Assembly: GCA_973895155.1 (NCBI GenBank)
Contig: OZ316897.1
Span: forward strand, 5,531,327 to 5,595,326
Length of the DNA stretch: 64,000 nt
Direction of reading: 5' to 3'
From: Marsupella aquatica
Taxonomy: Eukaryota; Plantae; Marchantiophyta
The position numbers and the translations under genes were made by a program. How positions within the stretch are numbered: position 1 is the first letter of the stretch; each line of letters starts with the position of its first letter. Below the pieces are notes generated by a model that did no database searches, was not told the origin of the DNA, and was given only the letters and a program-made list of their open reading frames with translations. Positions 11,795 through 24,378 of the stretch are shown here, piece by piece.

Positions 11795-14285
11795 CCTTGA
11801 GGAGTGCTTGGATAGATTTTTCTGCCTCCCCCGTCAGAGCATGGCCGAGGTTAAAAGACTTATCCATCCCAATGGTGTACTTCCGGTAGTGCTCCTTTCT
11901 TATGACTTCCACCTAGTTCCGCAAGTTTGGGTCCAGGCTCGCATCCAGCTCAGCTAACCGAACTCCTCCGTACATGGGTGGAACCAGGATCGGTTTTGGA
12001 TTTGGGGTTAACTCCACCAATTGCGGGATGGATGGGTCCCAGGAGACTTGTTTCTTATGTCTCGGTCTCGGGTTTTCGGCCTCGGGCAGTTGTTTGGCCG
12101 GTTCGTGGTCACTAGGCTCTGCACTGGTAGAAGCAGCATTGGCTCCCTGCTTAGTTGGAGCCGTGTCCTCCGTATTGATGGGCCATTTTTGCGTTTCATC
12201 GGTCTGGGCGGTAGAGGTGCTCGGGGTGGACTTAATAGCAACCTTTGGGTAATTCAGGAGATGTGTTTCCCGGGTTGCCTCTACTCCGAAGACATCTTCC
12301 TCGGACAGGGACGAAATGAGTTCAATCATATTGAGCTCATCTTCCTCTGAGGTCTCCAAATCATATTCCTTGGGTCCCTGTGGGGTTTCACCCTGATAAT
12401 CATCCATTGCCCATGATACTCGTATTGTGGGTGTCCCAAACCATAGCTCCTTCTTTCCCCAATCCGTGACTACTCGGCCACTATACAACCACGGCCTGCC
12501 CAGAAGGACCGGATAAGAGGAGGGCCGAACCGGCCTCATGACTAGGAAGTTGAGATAGAACTCCACCCCTCCTACAATAGTGAGCACCCGAGTGAGCGTG
12601 CCCAATGGAAGGACCCTTGCCCCGTTTGCTAATCTGATAGCTCGGGCTGTGGGTTGATACCTGAGGTATCCTAACTTGACTGATGTTTCCTCAGTCATGA
12701 TGTTGACTCCCGCTCCTCCGTCTACAAGAACCATCTTGATGGTACAATTATTGATCTCAATCGAGATGTCTGGCGCTCCTAGGTCCTCGCATATCATGTT
12801 GCAGTCCGTGATCCCAACTCGGGGTAGTCGCCTCCGTCGCCAACCCATAAGCAACTTCCTCAGTTGCCTTCGGTACTGTGGATTGTTCTGCAGTAGTTAC
12901 CCTACCATTGCCGTAACCGGGCAACTCTTCACATCTTCCTTAATATCATAGTCCTCCTTCTTTTCTTCCTTTGGCTGCTGCTTGGTTCCTCCTCCTACTT
13001 TTCTTGCTCCTGTCGCTGGGCGGCCTCGGCTGCTTTGATGTCCTTATCGATTGCTTTCTGGTATTCCCGAGCTTCGTAGGCCTCCACCTGTTTCTTTACC
13101 AATTCTTTGATGCGGGGATAAAATAGCTTTGGGTCATCCCGACGGTAGTCATCATCCTTTTCCGGGGGTATATCTATCACTGGCTGCACTGGAGTAGTAT
13201 CTTGCTTTTTCCTGCATTTTTCTTCCTGTTTCTCTTCCTTCCGCTCGGCTCTTGTTGACACTCGGTAGCACTCAGCCTCATCCGATGGATTAGGGTGCTC
13301 CGCCACGTCCACCAGATTTACCCACTCGGCGTTGTCATCTTGCCATTCCACAACAATCATTTGGACGACTGCATCGCTTGTGGCCGGTCTGCCCTGGGCC
13401 GGTCTTGCTGCGTTTGTTCGAGCGGCTATTACCAATGGACAGTTGGCCATGGAATGAGCTTCCGTTTTGCAGACTTGACATAGTGGTGTGCCTCGGCCAT
13501 CCCCCTGGCGTCTTGGTTTGGTGCATTCCCTCGCAAAGTGGCCTGGCTTCTCACAGTTGTAACAAACCGGGGATCGCCAAATCCCTGGCTTAGGAGGAAT
13601 GCTTGGGTTACTGATAACTTGGAAACTTCTGCCATTGTTTGGGTAGGGGTATGTAGTTCTACCTGCTAAGTTACGTGGACCCACCGTTGAAATCTGATAC
13701 ACCAAATCAGGGGGATCTTCAAAGAAATACTCCGTGGACTCCGATTCAGGTCCCGGGTTGTCAACATCATCTAATTCCACCTGGTGGACTCAGTTCTTCC
13801 ATCTTGGGCATACCTGCACTACATGCCTGGATTGGAAACACTTTGAACACCACGCATGTGCTCGGGTCTCGGGTGGCTTCTTCTTCTCCATAGGCTTTTT
13901 TGCGAGATGTACTGATAGTGCTTTGAGACAATCCATGATTTCGTTAAGCTTGTCTGCTTCGGCGGCCTTTGGATTGGGTATCGTTCTTCAAACACGGGGC
14001 TTGATTTTTCCCTCCTTCTTAACCCGCCTCTTCTTCTTTTTGCCCCAACTCTCGCTCTTCGAATCACTTTCTGATGAGCTAGAAGTGGAGGATCCGCTGG
14101 TCAAAGTCAAATCCAAACTAGATTCTATCTCCGAACTGGATGAGGTCAAACGATATTTCTTCTTCTTCTTGCGTTTCTTCTTCTTCTTGTCGTCCGATTC
14201 GGAGTCACTGTCACTGAAGGTCTCGTACTTGCCCTTCCTGCGGCGTGCCCGCTGGCTTCGCCAGGAGTTATAGGTGGACTCCCGG
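11795..14285 (-). pseudogene. gag: Gypsy G1 gag C-terminus (zinc knuckles) and aspartic protease
   Basis: CYNCEKPGHFAREC and CQVCKTEAHSMANC in 12995-13780; VLVDGGAGVNIM and LLGRPWL in 11913-12854. Confidence 0.88.
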
Positions 14286-16478
14286 TGTCCGGGGACCAGT
14301 TTAAAGCGGTATAAAAGTAGACCTTTTAATATTTTTAGGGACTTGGATTTATCATAGTATTTTCTTAAGTTAGTTTAATCTTTCTTAATTCTAATCAGTT
14401 TCCATTTTTAATATGAAATTACACTAAGCTATTTTAACTTAAAACACTAAGTTTCTACTTTCATCTAAATTCAATGAACCACTCACATTTCCATAACAAT
14501 TAAACACTTTTATCACAAGGGCATTTTACAATCACATAAAATAATTTTAAGTCATCCTTTTATTTCAATCATTTTCAAAATATGAAGTTTGGTTCAGGTT
14601 TACAAGGTGTTCTTTGGTGGCTCATCTCCTAACTCGGTTTCCTCACTAAACTCAGCTCATCAGGTCAGTTCGCGGCTTCAGGTTCATCAATGGTCTCTCC
14701 CAAACATGTTGGACACAATTTCAACCTTCGTCGGGCTTCTTTCACGTCATCGCTTCTTTTATATTCCTCTTCTTGGCTCTTCTTCTTTCTATCCTCAAGC
14801 TTCCAATCCCAAAGCAAAAATTGCGTCCGTTGTCTTCATACCCCATGCCTTCAAAATCCTTTCTACCAAGTCTATCTTCCTAGTTCCTCCAAGGAAAATC
14901 CACAACGTACTGTTCCTAGTTTGAATATTGAACCTATTACTGGATTCCACTCAGTAAAAGAATGAAGCAATATCAACTGGTAGCTTCTTTCAAACCTCCA
15001 AAATCTCAAATGTAGAAATTCAGGTGTAATCCATACTTCTAACCTGAACCTCTTAATCAATATCATAAAGTCACTTCTCTTTAGGTCCGAGACAAAATTT
15101 TTAAATCTTAATTCCTGCCCTCAATCATTTCACTTCCTTCTTTGTTTTGCTTAGAGACTCCTCTTCACCTTCTCGAACCAAGTAACTTCCTTGTCAATCC
15201 ATTCGTACTTTCATTCCTTTTTTTCTTTTTTTTGTAAGCCTTCCGGTCTTCTCATTTTAAGTATGACTTAAACCTTCTTTGTGTCTTCTCGATGGTCTTT
15301 GTTCACTTGCTCTTTGGTCTTTCCTTTCTCTGTGTTCCTATCACTCATCTTCTAGTTCCAGTCCAAGTGCCATGCGTTTTCCGTAGAACTCCTACTTGTT
15401 TTCTTTCTCAAGGAAAAATCATCCAGTCAGTCAATCAAGCTTTAAATTGAAGACTTCTTTTGTTTTTCGGAGTTCCAATAAACCAGACAGTGATTCCAAG
15501 TCGGGTTTCAACGAACTGTGGCAACGCAGTGTCATCCACGAAGGTTTCCCCATCACAATCAATCTCGACTGAAGGCTGTCTGATGAGAGTTCAGCAAAAC
15601 AATACAATTAACACCAGAATTCAACCCTCCCGTTTGTCTTAAGCTGTCAGTAGCTTTTTCATTCTTCAGTCCTGCACTCTTGAATGCTTATTGTTCACTT
15701 CAAAACTTTGGCTTTCTTCTTGCTTGTTGCTCGTCTGACTTTTCACCAAGCACTACTAGAATCCAATCAGGCATCCTCAACTTTAAGCAACTGTTCTCGT
15801 GCATTTCTCGTTCATTGCTCTCCAAGTTCTCTGGTTCTCTTGATATTGCTTTTCTTTTCTCGATCGTCCTCTCGTTCAAATTTGAATTCCCTCACGGTCA
15901 TGCCAGTCGTTTCGTCTTGCTTGATACTTCCCTTCAGCGGTATGCCCTCCTATCACTCAAATCCCCTTCCCGTATTGCCTTCTTTCTAATCTTCTCACGT
16001 CTCCGCTGTTTTACACCATTCGAGCTCGTGTCAACTCCTTCTTCAGTCTTAATCGTCCCTTCCTTCAGAAAGAAAAGTTTTCGTATACTGTTTCACTTCT
16101 TTGCCTTCAGAACGCAAGTTTTTCCCGTTCAGCAATTTCCCTGCCCTCTGATCCTCTCAGAAGAAATTTATTTACCGTCTCCCGGTTCTCATCCTGCTTC
16201 CGTTTAATCACCCTTGCGTTCCTTTCCTTCGCTTAAACTTGCTCCCTCTAACTTCCTTTCAGCTCCTCGCCTTCCCATCGCCCATTTCCTCTTCCTTCTG
16301 CTTCAACAATTGATCATTCGCCCTTCCTCTCACGATATTTCACCCTAAAACTCCAGATTCTCATTCATTTTTGGAATTTTCCTTCTCCCGAATGCTTCAT
16401 CATAATCTGTCAGCCCGAACCTTCTCGCCCATCGCTATTTTTCAGTGCATGCTATTTACTCCTCTAAAATTTCCTTAG
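14286..16478 (-). repeat. Gypsy G2 3' LTR (part alignable to the 5' LTR; boundary towards integrase unresolved)
   Basis: Begins TGTCCGGGGACCAG as at 50232 and is collinear with 50232-51586. Confidence 0.85.
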
Positions 16479-18438
16479 CCCGATCGTATTCTGAAAAACA
16501 ATCGAGCATTCCACCCTCTCTCCGCTTGCACAAGCAGAATTTCTCCTCTACGTTTCACCTCATAGCAGTCGCAACCAGATGAATAACGACCACCATGCTG
16601 AACTGAGTCGAGTAACCATAAGCCGAGTAATGAACAACCTGAAATATTCTCTCCTTTCCAAAAAATGGCACTCTAAATGAATCTCTAAAACAAAAATAAT
16701 TCCTACTATGTTAACATTGTTATAACTCCTTAGACTAGGTCTACCCAAAAGGGTTAGGACTAAGGCAGTTACACTATTAACCGCCTTAGTAACCACCCAT
16801 GTATAAGAGGATAGGAAGGAGTAAAGAGTGTGATGATTGTTACGAAGTTGAACACATTATCAACACAAGTTTTAAGCACACAATTATTTTTTCCAAGATC
16901 GTGAGCCGGATATGGTAGCAATTACATTTCAAGGAGGATTGGGGTCATCAATCCCATGGAATAGGGACTCCTTGAAGGATCCTGCTCGAAGGATGATGAG
17001 GGATACTTGCAATTAATCCTTTGAGGGACATTCAACATCAAAATAGCAGCAATAGAATCAGAAATCGAATCAGTCCAAATCACAGCAGGACTCAGAGAAT
17101 TCCCATCCTCAATTCCCAATTACACATCGATTCCGGCTCACTGTTCAACAATACCAGGCTGAGCAAATCTCACTACCACAGATACAATGGCCGCAAATAC
17201 AATTGAGAAATTATACTTCCAGGCGCTATCTATAGATGGCGCCAATTTCCTATCCTGGACTCTAGACGTTGAGGCACATTTGGCATCTAAGAATTTAGAG
17301 GACACTGTCATAACTGACAATGGCCCCACCCTCCAGGAGAAGGCCAAGGCGTTGATCTTGATTCGGCACCATCTGGTCGATTCCCTAAAACGCCAGTACA
17401 TGAATGCGTACAATCCCCGAATTCTTTGGGACGAATTACATTCTTGATTTGATCACACCCGGACCATTTTCCTGCCAGCAGCAAGGCACGATTGGATTAA
17501 TCTTCGTGTGCAGGACCATAAAACTATCGCTGAATACAACAGCGAACTTTTTCGCATTGTCTCCCAATTGGTGATTTGCGGCCACCCGGTCAATGACGAA
17601 GAACAAATCGAAAAGACTTTATCGACCTTCCACTCAACAAATCTGGTATTATCTACTCAATACCGAAACATGCGATTTACAACCTACTCGGAATTGATCT
17701 CACACATGTTGTTGGCAGAGAAACATAAAATCTTACTGTTGCAGAACACTAAGCAGCGACCCCCAGGCACTCTACCACCTCAACCTCAAGCCGAAACTCA
17801 CTTCAATACATGGCGACGCGGCAGTACATCATTCCGGGGAAGAGGGAGCAGCAGAGGAAGGAATACCTTTTGTGGCCGAGGATACTACTCCCAACGAGGG
17901 GGAAGGAGCATGTCCCGTGGAGGCAGGGGACGCGGCCGATCAAATCCGGGAAGAACTCGCAACAACTGGACAAGGACCACCACAAATTCAGATAAGTCCG
18001 ATAACCCACTCACTTGTCATCGATGTGGAACGAGAGGGCATATTAGGAAGGAATGTCGAGCACCGGCTCACCTCGTGGCCCTATACCAAAAGAACATCAA
18101 TACTCCTGAGTATGAAACTTACGGCACATTCTTAGAGACCCCATAAGTTTTACCTGAAATACATACTGTCCTTCCGTTGGACACATCTAAAGCACTAGAA
18201 GATCCCAACTGTTGTATACTCGACAGTGGGACTTCCCATTCAATCCTGAGACTCAAAACCTACTTCAAATACATTAACCCATCCCAACGGAGAGTCACCA
18301 CGATTATGGGAAACCATCAGCTGGAAGAAGGCAACGGGCCAGCCACACTAATACTGCCTAAGGGAACCGTGATCCATATCCAATCGGCCATCTACGCACC
18401 AAAAGCCACACGTAACTTATTGAGTTTCAGAGACACAC

Positions 18439-19102
18439 GCAGATGTGTGCAGGTGGGCCCATGCTTGGGATTTTCCTGAACATGAATGGCCAACACACCC
18501 AACCAAGCTAAGAGCAAAACTTGAGAAAAAGGCTTTGCACAAACTTTGGCATGAACCTAGCCCACGGCAGCAATACTACATGAGAGATGTGAACCCCATG
18601 AAGAAATATCGAGAACAAGAATACTTATCTAGCACTATCTCAGTACAACTTAGACAACTTATTGCTCAGTATAGACTAAGCTCACACCACCTTGAAGTAG
18701 AACAAGGGAGATGGAAGGATATTGACAGGAAAAAGAGGGTTTGTCAACTATGTGATAGCTCTAGTATAGAGAATGAATATCATGTATTCATTGCTTGCAA
18801 GTTTTATGAGGGGGTTAGGATGGCATCTCAAATCTTGGTGAAAGATTTGTATGCATTGTTTGGTCTGCCCCCTCAGCAACTTGGAAGATATATCTTTGCG
18901 GTGGATAGGGAAAGGAGAATAGGTTTGGAAAATCTTTCAGGGCTCTCTAGGTCCATAGTTTCTTTGAGGACATAGTTGTCCTCTTCTGAGCAATCTCTTT
19001 TGGTTGCTCTTTTCTTTGATTGCATTGTACTTTACTTTTTGTGGCAGCTCCTTTGACTTTCATGGTCCCGGAGCTTATAATACATTACCATTACCATTAC
19101 CA
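18439..19102 (+). mobile_element. 5'-truncated LINE L4 inserted in Copia pol
   Basis: ORF2 3' end, UTR and tail; removal restores FRDTR|QNGLHI; no clear TSD. Confidence 0.93.
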
Positions 19103-21889
19103 AAATGGCCTCCACATCCATACTAGTACCCACAATTCCAGAGAAGTACTACAGCTCATAGCTAAGACACAAAACGGCATAGAAATTAAGGAAACGCTCA
19201 CAGCTTTTCCAATGGGTTTTTATGCCATAAAAATACACACCTTCCACACGCATATTCCTGCACTGCCATCCGTGGACATCTGGCACCGACGCCTGGGACA
19301 CCCAGGCACACAGATGTTTCACAAGATCATCAAAGATACACACGGTATACCAAACACAGTACACCCAACCTCAATGAAAACTCAATGTCTAGCCTGCTCA
19401 CAAGGAAAACTCACCATGAGACCATCCCCCTCAACCACAGACAAAAATATACCACGATTTTTAGAGCGAATCCATGCCGATGTGTGTGGCCCAGTTGACC
19501 CCCCCAGTGGTCCATTCCGCTTCTTCTTAGTCACTATCGATGCCTCCTCCAAATGGTCCCAAGTTTCACTTCTCTCAACACGTAACCTAGTTTTCTCCAA
19601 ACTACTGGCCCACATCCTGCGATTAAAAGCTCAGTTCCCGGACTACCCAATCAAGACATTAAGAGTCGATAATGCCGAGGAGTTTACATCCCAGACATTT
19701 GATGACTTCTGCACTGCATCCGGGATAGAAGTAGAATATCCCGTGGCCTATGTGCACTTCCAAAACGGGATAGCCGAATCCCTGATTAAAAGGCTCCAAA
19801 CAATAGCGAGACCACTAATCATGCAGAGAAATCTACCACAATCTGCCTGGGGCCACGCTATCATACACGCTGCCGCCTTACTAAGATAGAGACCATCAGC
19901 TTTCAATGCCAGCTCACCTCACCATCTGGCATTCGGCGTTGCACCTAACTTGGCTCACCTCCGCACCTTTGGGTGCCAAGTCCTGGTGCCCATCATGGGA
20001 CCCAAACGCACCAAGCTTGGACCCCAGAGGCAGAAGGGTATATACATAGGATTTGATTCCACATCAATAATACGATATCTAGAGCCAACTACAGCTGACG
20101 TATACAAGGCGAGATTCACGGACTGTCACTTCTATGAAGAGATATTCCCGAAATTAACCTCGGACCAGGAGAATAAAGCTGTACTAAAAAAGGACCTCAC
20201 ATGGCAAATCAATTCACAATTCTGGAATGACCCGAGATCTGCCCAAACAGATACCGAGGTCCAACGCACCCTACACCTCACTAGAATCATGGATGAACTC
20301 CCAGATTCATTTGCAGACGTGGCAAAAGTAACCAGGTCACATGTACCAGCCGCAAACGCACCATCCCGAATCGATATAACGACACAACCAGCAACAACAA
20401 CCGAACCAAAGAAGAAAAGGGGCCGACCACCTGGAGCCGGGGACAAACAGCCTCGGCAAAGAAGACCACAGAACCCACCTGCATCCGCACACCCACAACC
20501 CACACCACCTATCACAACAGAAAATGAGGAGATTGCCATTAACTATAACTACACAGGCCAAATCAGAGACAGAGTCTCAACCCCTATCGATAATATATTT
20601 GCCTATCAAATTTTGCAAGAAATAATGGGAGAGTTACCTGACCCGGCAACGATAACTGAGGCCCAAGCCCAAGCAGACTGGCATGAATGGCAGAACGCCA
20701 TAAACTCGGAACTGGATTCTTTAATCTCGCGTCAAGTATTCGGACCCATCAAGCCTGCCCCACCTGAAACACATCTGACCGGCTACAAGTGGACCTTTAT
20801 AAAGAAGAGAAATGCCCAAGGAGAGATCGTGAGATACAAAGCTAGACTGGTGGCCAAGGGATTTACCCAGATCCCTGGCAGAGATTATGACTTAACCTAC
20901 TCCCCAGTCATGGATGTGATTACATATAGAATTCTAATCGCATTCGCCATTCACCACAACCTAACAATGCATCAACTGGACATTGTCACCGCTTACCTCT
21001 ACGGCCATTTGGACACTATAATATATATGGAGGCCCCACCCGAATTACTAACCCGAGTGGATCACCACCTTCAGGGGGAGCCGAAAGTACAAGAGCATAC
21101 AGCCCACAGTGATGGCCCTTTTGGCCATACAAATAAGTCAGTACTACATACCACAGCTAAAGCGATTGGATGGAAAGCAACAGACCATAAAGCACTTACC
21201 GCAAGAACTAAATTTGCTGTTCAAGTTTTGAGATCAATGTATGGCTTGAAGCAAAGCGGACGTACCTGGTACCAACACTTTAAAAACGAAATGCTAGCAA
21301 TGGGATTTAAAACATCTGAGCTCACACCCTGTCTGTTCATCAAACATGAAGGCACAGAGATAATCATTGTGACGATTTATGTAGACGACCTCAATCTTTT
21401 CGGAACACCAAAGATTCTGGAAGATACAATCCGAAAACTCAATAGGGTTTTTGAGATAAGAGATCTCGGTAGAACTGCTTTCTGCCTCGGCCTTCAGTTC
21501 GAGTACCTCAAGCAGGGCATACTCCTCCACCAATCAACTTACACTTGCCGCATGTTGAAGCAATTTCATATGCACACGGCAAAAGCTGTCAGGTCTCCAA
21601 TGGACCTTCGGTTACTGGACAAAGACAAGGACATATTCCGAAAGAGAACAGAGGCAGAGCCACTACTTGGCTCCGAAAAGCCATACTTGTCGGCGATAGG
21701 GGCACTGCTCTTCTTGGCTTCCCAAACCCGCCCCGACATCGCTTTCGCAGTTAACTTGTTAGCACGCCACAGTTCATTACCTACTATTCGACACTAGAAT
21801 GGGGTAAAGAGGATAATGCGTTACCTGAGCGGCACTATCGACCATGGACTTCTTTTTCAGAGCAACACAAACTTCATACTATCCGGATT

Positions 21890-22007
21890 TGGTAATGGTA
21901 ATGTATTATAAGCTCCGGGACCATGAAAGTCAAAGGAGCTGCCACAAAAAGTAAAGTACAATGCAATCAAAGAAAAGAGCAACCAAAAGAGATTGCTCAG
22001 AAGAGGA
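21890..22007 (-). mobile_element. LINE 3'UTR-only insertion L5 in Copia RNase H
   Basis: Reverse tail GGTAATGGTAATG plus UTR; TSD GGATTTG (21885-21891, 22005-22011); removal restores SGFADAGY. Confidence 0.92.
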
Positions 22008-22329
22008 TTTGCAGATGCAGGATACTTATCAGACCCAGCGGATGCAAAGTCTCAGACTGGGTATATCTTCAAGATCGGACCTACAGCGATATCGTGGAGG
22101 AGCATGAAACAAACTCTAACCATGACCTCCTCCAATCACTCAGAAATAATCGCCCTTTACGAGGCGAGTCGGGAATGCATATGGCTACGTAACGTTATCA
22201 ATTACATCCAAGAAACCTCAGGTATGCCTAAACTGAGTTCACCAACTGTGATCTATGAAGATAACCAGCCCTGCATCGAACAGATTTCTGCTGGTTTCAT
22301 AAAAGGTGATCGAACCAAACACATAGCCC

Positions 22330-22614
22330 CGCTATTTTTCAGTGCATGCTATTTACTCCTCTAAAATTTCCTTAGGCCGATCGTATTCTGAAAAACAATC
22401 GAGCATTCCACCCTCTCTCCGCTTGCGCAAGCAGAATTTCTCCTCTACGTTTCACCTCATAGCAGTCGCAACCAGATGAATAACGACCACCATGCTGAAC
22501 TGAGTCGAGTAACCTTAAGCCGAGTAATGAACAACCTGAAATATTCTCTCCTTTCCAAAAAATGGCACTCTAAATGAATCTCTAAAACAAAAATAATTCC
22601 TAATATGTTAACAT
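22330..22614 (+). repeat. 285-bp direct duplicate of 16433-16717 (G2 non-coding sequence) replacing the Copia 3' end
   Basis: Collinear with 16433-16717 with a few substitutions; continues into uninterrupted G2 sequence. Confidence 0.9.
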
Positions 22615-22876
22615 AAGCCTAAGTCTACATTCTTTCATCAATTCTAAAGGTGAAAACATTCTTTCACCAAAACTTAATTTTCTAGGAAACTCTAAAACCA
22701 GAACTTTTGAATCCAAATAAGTTCTTTAACTCTCAACTAGTCTATTATATGAATAAATTTCTAATCTCATTTCTCTCATCTACTTCCCTCAATCTCAAAT
22801 CCAGATTCTTTCAAACAAGAAAAACAAGTCAAGTAAGACTAAAATTTCATTTCTCTTTGCCATGAATGCCACTCTC

Positions 22877-24378
22877 TCAAACTTCATCTTCACCATTTTC
22901 GCCATCAGAATCCTCCAAGGTGACCTCCAATTCGTGTTGCCTCCACTTGAAAATCTTCACTCTCTTGCCGGCGTATCTCCCTTGATGTTCCGTTCCGTCG
23001 AGTTCTTGAATGGAGTAAGTAGCATTTGGATGAATTCTTGTCACTACAAACGGTCCTCGCCACCTCTGTGCAAACTTATTTTCCGTAGAATGCTGATTTT
23101 CAAGGTTGCTCTCATAAATAAGCACCCAATCGCCCTCTTCAATCACTCGAGGTTGAATCTGATGTTTTTGGTCAAAGTAGTCCTTGTTCTTCATGCGTGC
23201 CACCCTCATTTTCTCTAATGCCTCTCGAATCTTCTCAGGTGTCTGATTCAAATGGTCGATCCTGGTAGCGAGCAACTCTTCACGGCTAACATGGTCCCTC
23301 CATCCAATCGTTCTCCAGCTCCTCACGTCTTCCTCTATCGGCATCAAGGGCAGATGTCCCATCATCAACTCAGCTGGCGCATATCCTGTGACTGAACTAC
23401 ACGTCAGTCTGTCCGCCATCAAAGCGAGTGGTAAATAGTCTGGCCACTCTCTGAATCTCCCTCGACATGACTTGACTAGTGCATTAACAATTGGTGGGTG
23501 CCCTCTCTCACTCTTCCCGTTTCCCTCCGGGTTGTACGCACAAGTAAGACTCAATCTAATATGGAACTTCCTAAAAAAAAGATCGGCTTCCTCCGTATTG
23601 AGTTCTCTTCTGTCAGCTCTCAACTGATCAAAACACCTGTGTCTCGCTATCATATCCTCCAAAATAAACCTACAAATAAACTCAGTCTTATTCGATGGTA
23701 ATGCTCGACCCTCGACATAAGATGACAACTCTTCTCTCGACAAAACCAAAAACTTTAAACCTCTAACCCCTCTCGGCATATAGACAACATCTAAGACCCA
23801 TTGTAACCTCATTGCTAAAGGATAAGCTGGACAAAGACCATCTCGATGCTTGACTTTCGAATAATATTGGCAAACTGGACAACTCTCAACATACTCTCGA
23901 ACCTCTGTATAACAACTTGGCCACCAATATAAGCCCTTGACCCTCTTGTATGTTGCCTGGACTCCTCTATGTCCTGCAGACTCATTGTCATGACTCTCTC
24001 TCAAGACTCTCAACTTGGACTCATTGTCACCAGTGACCCTTAATGGAATTCCTCCTCGTGTCTTGGGTTGCCTCCATAGAAGTCCGTCTCGCAGTAGGTA
24101 TCCAAAAGCCTTCCTTCGGATTCTCTCAAATTCGTCTCGTGTCCATTCAGTTCTCCTCTCAAGTGTGCTCAAATATCTTCCAAGAGTAAGCAGCTCGCCT
24201 GAGTAAAGCTCCTCTTTAAATTCTACCTTCTCAACCTCCAATGTCTCGGTACTATGTACACCTGCGCTCTCCTCCTCTCCAAAACCATCCTCAAATCTCG
24301 CTCTCGAAAGCATATCCGCAACAGGATTATCTTTCCCTGCAATGTGTCTCAACTCCGGGTTAATCATCCGAATAAATG
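22877..24378 (-). CDS. pol: Gypsy G2 pol C-terminus: end of RNase H plus integrase, open frame
   Basis: HIAGKDNPVADMLSR, H..GHRG..CPVC, WVLDVVYM, AYNPEGNGKSER, RWRGPF; first ~51 aa of the listed ORF are antisense LINE. Confidence 0.9.

Larger units (their letters stand above)
16718..22330 (+). mobile_element. Ty1/Copia element, Bianca-like, 3'-truncated, degenerate gag-pol 17187-22330
   Basis: 137-bp LTR TGTT..AACA (16718-16854); PBS CATTATCAACACAAG (decayed CGTTATCAGCACGAG); gag FQALSIDGANFLSW, zinc knuckle, ILDSGT, WHRRLGHPG, HADVCGP, YKARLVAKG, YVDD, FADAGY, IKGDRTKHI. Confidence 0.9.

Noticed and set aside
15680-16207. Hydrophobic 175-aa ORF (also 50923-51315) as env-like
   Set aside because: Antisense reading of purine-rich LTR sequence, TTG start, and frame not preserved between the two LTRs.
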